Positions 25,409-31,726 of a DNA stretch of 31,726 bases are shown here, piece after piece (the first letter of the stretch is position 1; every line of letters begins with the position of its first letter). The translations under genes and the position numbers were made by a program. This DNA comes from a virus (taxonomy: Duplodnaviria; Caudoviricetes), in IMG/VR virus record IMGVR_UViG_3300033067_000056, positions 1 through 31,726 of that record. One strand, 5' to 3'. The notes under the pieces were generated by a model. It had not been told where the DNA came from and ran no database searches. It saw nothing but the letters and a program-made list of their open reading frames with translations.

Positions 25409-26392
25409 ATGGCAACTTTAGCAGAAATCAGAGCAAAACTTAAGGCAGCAGAATCGAAAGGTTCAAGCGAAAGCAGAACAGGTGGAGACAATTCCATTTA
25501 TGCGTTCTGGAATTTAAAAGAAGGTGACGAATCCGTTTTGCGATTCCTTCCAGATGGAAACACCGACAATACCTTTTTCTGGGTCGAACGAGCAATGATC
25601 AAATTGCCGTTTGCAGGCGTTAAAGGTGAAAGCGAAAGCAAACAAATCACAGTACAAGTACCATGCGTCGAAATGTATGGCGACACTTGCCCAATCCTAA
25701 CAGAAGTTCGTGGTTGGTTCAAGGATCCAGCATTAGAAGATATGGGTCGTAAGTACTGGAAAAAGCGTAGTTACATTTTCCAAGGTTTCGTTGTAGAAGA
25801 CGGACTTAGCGAAAAAGAAACTCCAGAAAACCCAATCCGTAGATTCATTATTGGTCCTCAGATCTTTCAATCAATCCGTGCGGCATTGGTAGACCCAGAG
25901 TTGGAAGACTTGCCAACTGACTTTGTACACGGTTTAGATTACCGTATGAAGAAAGGTAGCAAAGGCGGATACGCAGACTACTCAACTTCAACATGGTCAC
26001 GCCGTGAGCGTCCACTAAGCGAAGCTGAACAAGCGGCAATTGACAAACACGGTTTGTTCAACTTGTCAGACTTTTTACCTAAGAAGCCAACTGATGTTGA
26101 ATTGAAGGTAATGAAGGAAATGTTTGAAGCTTCTGTTGATGGCGAACCATATGATATGGAACGCTGGGGTCAGTACTTTAAGCCAGCTGGCATGAGCCAG
26201 AACACTGGTGATCCACAAAAAGCATACACTCCTAAGGCAGCACCAGCACCTGCCGCATCGCATGATGATGACGACACACCTGCTCCAGTAGCTAAGGCAG
26301 CACCTGCTCCGGCAGCGGCAGCTCCAGCGGCTGAAGGTGGCGACAGTCGTGCCCAAGACATCTTGGCAATGATTCGCAATCGTCAAAAGTAA
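25409..26392 (+). CDS. gp32: Single-stranded DNA binding protein, T4 gp32-like
   Basis: LRFLPD, C..MYG..CP, G.DY..KK..KGGYADY..S.W motifs; CAGGAG RBS; upstream of uvsX. Confidence 0.85.
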   Translation: MATLAEIRAKLKAAESKGSSESRTGGDNSIYAFWNLKEGDESVLRFLPDGNTDNTFFWVERAMIKLPFAGVKGESESKQITVQVPCVEMYGDTCPILTEVRGWFKDPALEDMGRKYWKKRSYIFQGFVVEDGLSEKETPENPIRRFIIGPQIFQSIRAALVDPELEDLPTDFVHGLDYRMKKGSKGGYADYSTSTWSRRERPLSEAEQAAIDKHGLFNLSDFLPKKPTDVELKVMKEMFEASVDGEPYDMERWGQYFKPAGMSQNTGDPQKAYTPKAAPAPAASHDDDDTPAPVAKAAPAPAAAAPAAEGGDSRAQDILAMIRNRQK

Positions 26393-26402
26393 TTGCACAA
26401 GC

Positions 26403-26424
26403 GTAGGGGGCTTCGGTCCCCTAC
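26403..26424 (+). terminator. cUUCGg stem-loop between gp32 and uvsX (weak terminator or stability hairpin)
   Basis: GTAGGGGGC-TTCG-GTCCCCTAC followed by ATTCATTT rather than a clean U tract. Confidence 0.6.
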
Positions 26425-26446
26425 ATTCATTTAGGAGAATTAACTT

Positions 26447-27505
26447 ATGGCTACAAAAGCCTTCGATTTATCGAAATTTCGTAAAACCTTGACTAAGTCT
26501 ATTGACGGTCTAGGTGTAGGATTTAACGATCCTACAGATTGGGTTAGTACAGGCAATTATGCTTTGAACTATCTAATCAGCGGTGACTGGAACAAGGGTA
26601 TTCCTTTGGGCAAGGTTACTGTATTTGCTGGCGAATCCGGCGCAGGCAAGAGCTATATCTGCTCAGGCAACATTGTCAAACATGCACAGGAACAAGGCAT
26701 TTATGTTATCTTGATTGATAGCGAAAACGCATTGGACGAGCAATGGTTGAAAGACCTTGGCGTTGACACAAGTGAAGACAAGTTGCTAAAACTTAACATG
26801 GCTATGATTGATGATGTGGCAAAAACCATTCATGAATTTATGGACGAGTACAAGGCAATGACAGAACGACCAAAAGTTATGTTTGTTGTAGACTCGTTAG
26901 GCATGTTGCTAACACCAACTGACATTAATCAGTTCCAAGCAGGTGATTTGAAAGGTGATATGGGCCGTAAGCCTAAAGCACTTACAGCACTTGTTCGTAA
27001 CTGTGTAAACATGTTCGGTAATTACAATGTAGGTATGGTTTGTACGAACCACACTTATGCGTCACAAGACATGTTCGACCCAGATGACAAAATCAGTGGC
27101 GGACAAGGTTTCGTTTACGCAAGTTCTATCGTTGTTGCAATGAAGAAGTTGAAGTTGAAAGAAGACGAAGATGGTAACAAGGTATCAGAAGTAAATGGTA
27201 TCCGTGCTTCATGCAAGATCATGAAGACTCGTTACTCAAAGCCCTTTGAAACACTTCAAATTAAGATTCCGTACACAACCGGTATGAATCCATATAGCGG
27301 TTTAGTAGACATGTTTGAAAAACAAGGTTTGCTAAAACAGTCTGGCAACAGACTTGCATGGATTGATCCAGAAACAGGTGAGGAATTCAAATTCTACCGA
27401 AAAGAATGGAAAGATGATAAATTAGATATGATAATGAATAAATTTCATTTGATTGCTAGTGCAACACCAACCGTTCCTGAGGAGATAGACGAGAATGTTG
27501 AATGA
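26447..27505 (+). CDS. uvsX: RecA-like recombinase UvsX
   Basis: Walker A GESGAGKS, IDSENA, VVDSLG, NHTY and SGG.G..YASS motifs; AGGAG RBS. Confidence 0.92.
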   Translation: MATKAFDLSKFRKTLTKSIDGLGVGFNDPTDWVSTGNYALNYLISGDWNKGIPLGKVTVFAGESGAGKSYICSGNIVKHAQEQGIYVILIDSENALDEQWLKDLGVDTSEDKLLKLNMAMIDDVAKTIHEFMDEYKAMTERPKVMFVVDSLGMLLTPTDINQFQAGDLKGDMGRKPKALTALVRNCVNMFGNYNVGMVCTNHTYASQDMFDPDDKISGGQGFVYASSIVVAMKKLKLKEDEDGNKVSEVNGIRASCKIMKTRYSKPFETLQIKIPYTTGMNPYSGLVDMFEKQGLLKQSGNRLAWIDPETGEEFKFYRKEWKDDKLDMIMNKFHLIASATPTVPEEIDENVE

Positions 27506-27740
27506 AACACAAATCGGCGATATTTGGTTAAACTTCGTTGAGTATTTAGATAAGAAACAATTAGAAACAGTAGCTGAACGCTACATTGATTTGCTTGCTG
27601 ACTTTGGTGTTAGTGACAGAACAATGCAAGGTGCTACTGGTGTAGATGAAATTCTAGACCAAGCAATTGCCTACTATCTAAATGACGACGAGTTAGGCGA
27701 AGAAGACGACGACGACGATTATAAAGAACTGGAGTTTTAA
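27495..27740 (+). CDS. Small acidic hypothetical protein
   Basis: 81 aa, overlaps the uvsX end, poly-Asp C-terminus, TAATG coupling to the next gene. Confidence 0.7.
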   Translation: MLNETQIGDIWLNFVEYLDKKQLETVAERYIDLLADFGVSDRTMQGATGVDEILDQAIAYYLNDDELGEEDDDDDYKELEF

Positions 27741-28195
27741 TGGGCTGGTATTCTGAGATATCTAAAGACATATCGAACATTCCCGATGCGATGGAATATT
27801 TTGAGTCTGAATTAGTAGACGCAAGAAAAGAATGTCGCATCACTGGAAATGTTGAACGAGCCGCGGCACAAATGCCAGGTATTGTTGAACAACGATTTGC
27901 TCAACTTCAAGAAATTGAAGCAATTTTAGAATACCTGAACATTGAGCTTCGCAGATTAAAGAGTCAGCACTTTAGGAAGTACCTAGAGAACTATCAAAGA
28001 GCATTGAGCTCAAGAGATTGTGAAAAGTTTGTTGAGGGCGAATCGGATGTAGTTGATTTTGAAAAGATTATCAACGAGTTTGCTTTGCAACGAAACAAAT
28101 GGTTAGGTATTACTAAAGCTCTGGACCAAAAACAATGGCAAATCACAAATATTGTGAAGTTGCGTGTTGCTGGTATGGAAGACGCTACACTATAA
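27740..28195 (+). CDS. uvsY: Recombination mediator UvsY-like
   Basis: 151-aa helical protein ending KALDQKQWQITNIVKLRVAG, like UvsY C-termini; located between uvsX and uvsW. Confidence 0.75.
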   Translation: MGWYSEISKDISNIPDAMEYFESELVDARKECRITGNVERAAAQMPGIVEQRFAQLQEIEAILEYLNIELRRLKSQHFRKYLENYQRALSSRDCEKFVEGESDVVDFEKIINEFALQRNKWLGITKALDQKQWQITNIVKLRVAGMEDATL

Positions 28196-28218
28196 TCAAT
28201 TTGCCCAAACGGCATTGG

Positions 28219-28251
28219 ATAGGCCTTAAATATTATAGGGCCTATTTTTTT
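28219..28251 (+). terminator. Intrinsic terminator after uvsY
   Basis: ATAGGCCTTA-N7-TAGGGCCTAT (one G-U pair) followed by a T run. Confidence 0.7.
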
Positions 28252-28261
28252 GTCTAAAAGG

Positions 28262-28290
28262 TTTACAAATTAAAATCATGAGTGTATACT
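28262..28290 (+). promoter_or_regulatory. Sigma70-type promoter
   Basis: TTTACA-N17-TATACT, 6 nt before ATG 28297. Confidence 0.7.
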
Positions 28291-28296
28291 TATAAC

Positions 28297-29484
28297 ATGA
28301 CGACTGTTGATCAATTACTTACAAATTTAGTGAATTCTACACAACCCACTGTAGAAGATATTATCCCTAAGCGTGATGCTCGTGTACTGCGAAGCATTGC
28401 AACGGCAATTAATGGCCCACTTTTTATTACAGAAAATCAAAGTAAGCTATTACTTAAAATTCTCCGTGATAATGAGAAAAAACTGGATTTTCTAGGTGAA
28501 GGCATTCCGGCTGTTTTGGCAGCACCGCAATGGACTAGAATTTTTAGAGAAGTGGACAAGACAAAGAAATTATATATTGGAAGAAATCCAGCCGACGAAT
28601 CTGCGCTGGTTATTGAATATGCATTTTCTTCGCCAATTCGCAAAATTATTGGAAATTTGACGAAAATTACCGATGGCCCGATTGTCAGCCTTACTAACAA
28701 AATTCATCAATGTGACCTCACTGAGAAAAATATTGTCTTGGTAGTAGAGGCATTGCAGTCACAAGGTTTTGAAATTGACGAACTTGTAAAAACCCACTAT
28801 GATACCATAAAATCATGGTCAGAAATTGAGGTGAAAAACCAGTTTCAGCTGACTACCATTACTCATACAAATTTTCAAAAGCAAATTACTGCGGACCTCG
28901 GTATCCACACTGCCATTGATGATTACATCATTGCTGACCGTGGAATGCGCTATCAGTACTTCACCGAAAAAACCGAAAAAAATCCGGAAAATTTGACAGA
29001 AATTGTGGCTAACAGAACCAGTACAAAAGTCTGGGTCGACAGTACAAAATATTCTTTAGACGATATTGTAAAGTCTTTGATTGAACTAAAAAGATTTCCA
29101 GTCATGTTTGTTTTTGACGGATTTAATCCAGCTAGTCAACACTCAGAATTGCATAAACTTGCAAAAACGCTGGACGAAGTGGGAATTTACGATGGCGTCG
29201 GTATGTACTTCCGATTGCCTAGTAATCCTATTGGCAATGAATTTAATGCACTAGTGAAAGAAAAGCAGTATAATTGTCAACTAGACAAAACTACAAAAGT
29301 AGTAGGTGTACAAAGTGGAAAAATTCCGAAATTTTTCCTGAATAACGAATGGAAGCCAATGAGTGTTGTTTGTATCGGCACCACATTGCGACATAGCAAG
29401 ACTGCGGTGTATGCAAACTGTTGTGATTTGATTATTTCTTTTACTCCTACTAATCCAATTATTGAGACAAAAATATGGCAGTAA
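28297..29484 (+). CDS. Hypothetical protein coupled to uvsW
   Basis: 395-aa ORF from ATG 28297 overlapping the uvsW start by 10 nt; no catalytic motif recognised. Confidence 0.7.
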   Translation: MTTVDQLLTNLVNSTQPTVEDIIPKRDARVLRSIATAINGPLFITENQSKLLLKILRDNEKKLDFLGEGIPAVLAAPQWTRIFREVDKTKKLYIGRNPADESALVIEYAFSSPIRKIIGNLTKITDGPIVSLTNKIHQCDLTEKNIVLVVEALQSQGFEIDELVKTHYDTIKSWSEIEVKNQFQLTTITHTNFQKQITADLGIHTAIDDYIIADRGMRYQYFTEKTEKNPENLTEIVANRTSTKVWVDSTKYSLDDIVKSLIELKRFPVMFVFDGFNPASQHSELHKLAKTLDEVGIYDGVGMYFRLPSNPIGNEFNALVKEKQYNCQLDKTTKVVGVQSGKIPKFFLNNEWKPMSVVCIGTTLRHSKTAVYANCCDLIISFTPTNPIIETKIWQ

Positions 29485-30944
29485 GATTAGTAATCAAAGA
29501 TGAAGTAAACATTAAGCTAGATAACCTTCCTTTAGATGTTAGAAAGAAGTTAGCTAACACTTTTAAGTATGAGCTAGGTTATGCCAAGTATCATCCTGCG
29601 TATAAATTAGGACGCTGGGATGGTACGGTTAGCTTGTTTGGTCTTGGCGGCAATGGTTACTTAAATCAACTAGAAACAATCCTTGATGTCATGGCAAAAA
29701 ATGGCATTCAAGTAGAGGATGTTGAAGACCATAGACTAACACATGATCTAACATTTCCACTAGTCACAGAAACCTACTGGGCAGATCAAGGTAAGGTATG
29801 GCCTAAAGGTCATCCACAAGAAGGCACGCCTATTATGTTGCGTGACTATCAGATCGATGCAGTTAATACTTTCCTGAAAAATCCCCAGTCAATCCAAGAA
29901 ATTGCCACTGGTGCAGGCAAGACAATTACCACAGCAACATTGTCACAACTATGTGAAAGACTTGGTCGCACTATCACAATCGTACCTAACAAGTCTCTAG
30001 TTGAACAGACAGAAGAAGACTTTATTAACTGTGGACTAGATGTTGGTGTTTATTACGGCGACCGTAAAGATATCAACAAAACACACACAATTTGTACATG
30101 GCAATCACTTAACATCTTAGACAAGAAGAGCAAGGATTGGGATGCAGATCTTGCATACACCCTCGCTGAATTCCTTGATGGTGTTAAGGCTGTTATCGTC
30201 GACGAAGTACACATGGCTAAAGCAGAAGTGTTGAAGAATTTGCTCACACAGAACCTTTGTAATGCCTGTATTCGCTGGGGTCTAACAGGTACAGTACCTA
30301 AAGAAAAATATGAATCGGAGCAAATCTTTGCAAGTATTGGTCCGGTTGTAGGCGGCATCTCTGCACACGAATTACAAGACAAGGGCGTACTAAGTAACTG
30401 CCATGTTAATGTAGTACAAATGATTGACGTCAAGGAATTTAAGGCTTACTCAGACGAATTAAAGTATCTCGTTACTGATGAAGACCGAATGATTTATATT
30501 AGTAAACTTATTACAGGCATCGCACAAACAGGCAATACATTAGTTCTAGTTAATAGAATTGATTCAGGCAAATTTTTAATCAATGAAATACCAGACTCGG
30601 TGTTTATATCAGGTGCAGTTAAGACAACAGATAGGAAAGAAGAATATGATGAAGTTAGGACAAGCAGTAACAAAGTTATTGTCGCTACATATGGCGTGGC
30701 GGCTGTCGGTATTAATATTCCTCGGATCTTTAATTTGGTTCTTCTGGAGCCTGGCAAGTCGTTTGTTAGAGTTATTCAATCGATAGGCCGTGGCATTAGA
30801 AAAGCAGAAGACAAAGATTTTGTTCAAATCTGGGATGTAACTAGCACTTGTAAATATGCCAAAAGACATCTTACTGAGCGTAAGAAATTTTACAAGGATG
30901 CCAAGTACCCGTTTACTATTACAAAAACGGACTGGCAAAAATAA
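29475..30944 (+). CDS. uvsW: SF2 DNA helicase UvsW-like
   Basis: G.WDG, LRDYQ, ATGAGKT, DEVH, GLTGT and QSIGRGIR motifs. Confidence 0.92.
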   Translation: MAVRLVIKDEVNIKLDNLPLDVRKKLANTFKYELGYAKYHPAYKLGRWDGTVSLFGLGGNGYLNQLETILDVMAKNGIQVEDVEDHRLTHDLTFPLVTETYWADQGKVWPKGHPQEGTPIMLRDYQIDAVNTFLKNPQSIQEIATGAGKTITTATLSQLCERLGRTITIVPNKSLVEQTEEDFINCGLDVGVYYGDRKDINKTHTICTWQSLNILDKKSKDWDADLAYTLAEFLDGVKAVIVDEVHMAKAEVLKNLLTQNLCNACIRWGLTGTVPKEKYESEQIFASIGPVVGGISAHELQDKGVLSNCHVNVVQMIDVKEFKAYSDELKYLVTDEDRMIYISKLITGIAQTGNTLVLVNRIDSGKFLINEIPDSVFISGAVKTTDRKEEYDEVRTSSNKVIVATYGVAAVGINIPRIFNLVLLEPGKSFVRVIQSIGRGIRKAEDKDFVQIWDVTSTCKYAKRHLTERKKFYKDAKYPFTITKTDWQK

Positions 30945-30950
30945 GGATTT

Positions 30951-31457
30951 ATGCAAATATTAACATTAGATAACGAGACATTTAGTCTAAACAATTTACC
31001 GGATGAGGTAGATGAAAATACTAGATTCGCGGTACTAGATAACAGTAACCCAAGCGAACCTGATTTCTTTTTCATGCCGTTAATCTTTTTGGAAAGTTTC
31101 AATGCACCAGCAATGGTACTACGAATTGGCGACGATGAAGTTACTATGCCGATTGACTGGAGCATTGCAGTTGGCGATAGCTCATGTGCTAGCGATATTG
31201 AAATTTTACCATTAACAAGTTTAAATGACAGAGGTTTCGAAGCATTGTGTTTTAATCCACTTAGCAGTTTTAGAGTCGAGTTTAAAAAGATCGAAATTAT
31301 TAATTTCTACAACGATGTAAAGTGGTACTTTCCTAAAATGAAAAACGGACAGCTATTGGCAACCCCTACTCATTATGGATCAAAGCCAACTTGTGCTTAC
31401 TTCGTTAAAGAAATTAGTCGCCAAAGCGAGATCATTCAATTAGATAAGATCTTGTAA
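30951..31457 (+). CDS. Hypothetical beta-rich protein
   Basis: 168-aa ORF with an AAGGA RBS directly after uvsW. Confidence 0.7.
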   Translation: MQILTLDNETFSLNNLPDEVDENTRFAVLDNSNPSEPDFFFMPLIFLESFNAPAMVLRIGDDEVTMPIDWSIAVGDSSCASDIEILPLTSLNDRGFEALCFNPLSSFRVEFKKIEIINFYNDVKWYFPKMKNGQLLATPTHYGSKPTCAYFVKEISRQSEIIQLDKIL

Positions 31458-31464
31458 GCAGGTG

Positions 31465-31473
31465 TGTTATAAT
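31465..31473 (+). promoter_or_regulatory. Extended -10 promoter (TGnTATAAT)
   Basis: TGTTATAAT upstream of AAGGA and ATG 31491. Confidence 0.55.
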
Positions 31474-31490
31474 AGTAAAAAGGACATGAG

Positions 31491-31726
31491 ATGACATTGA
31501 AAGTAGCATACTTCCAACCAACAGTACTAGCAATTGATACAGTACCTCCAGTTGAGTTTAGCAAGATTTATACTCTTGCTGAACAGCTACACGCACATCC
31601 AGAATACAATGATGCGGATAATCCCTTCATTAGTATTCGCGGAGGACAACAGATCCAAGTATATCCTAATCAGCTGAACATCGATGTTAACTGGTTAGTT
31701 AAGTGGATTGAAACAATCTGTACAGG
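31491..31726 (+). CDS. 3'-truncated ORF, possibly another TIGR02466-like oxygenase
   Basis: Open frame MTLKVAYFQPTVLAIDTVPPVEFSKIY... to the window end, with an AAGGA RBS. The family guess rests only on the F.P-type N-terminus. Confidence 0.55.
   Translation, partial: MTLKVAYFQPTVLAIDTVPPVEFSKIYTLAEQLHAHPEYNDADNPFISIRGGQQIQVYPNQLNIDVNWLVKWIETICT

Noticed and set aside
20583-30944. Inteins or introns in terminase, UvsX or UvsW
   Set aside because: Lengths are ordinary and motifs are contiguous; no C...HN splice motifs seen.
30951-31457. Stand-alone Hint/intein-like domain
   Set aside because: The protein is beta-rich and of suitable size but lacks the N-terminal Cys/Ser and terminal His-Asn. 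Cannot be supported without a structure search.
1-31726. Stop-codon reassignment
   Set aside because: Core genes translate full length in the standard code with no fragmentation, although TAG stops are rare.
1-31726. CRISPR array, tRNA, rRNA or integrase/transposase
   Set aside because: No regularly spaced repeats or RNA-gene signatures seen; intergenic gaps are short and explained by promoters and terminators. No scan was run.

Overview
This window is a fragment of a large T4-like (Tevenvirinae-like core) contractile-tailed dsDNA phage genome in the standard genetic code. From left to right it holds: (i) a + strand array of at least six translationally coupled 2OG-Fe(II)-oxygenase-fold genes, one of which has lost its iron ligands; (ii) converging on that array, a - strand operon running neck gp14-like, tail-terminator gp15-like, Nudix hydrolase, three tandem flavin-dependent (tryptophan-halogenase-family) halogenases, and an unannotated 55-aa ORF with its own promoter motif and RBS; (iii) gp13, dNMP kinase, a small HNH protein, tail sheath, tail tube, a tube-like baseplate protein, gp4, terminase small and large subunits and several probable head-packaged proteins; (iv) a gp32-uvsX-uvsY-uvsW recombination module. 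A T4-late-like TAAATA motif precedes many genes, often exactly 4-5 nt before an ATG that has no Shine-Dalgarno site. The most interesting candidate system is the halogenase/oxygenase tailoring island coupled to the virion neck operon. All family calls rest on recognising motifs by eye; no searches were run.
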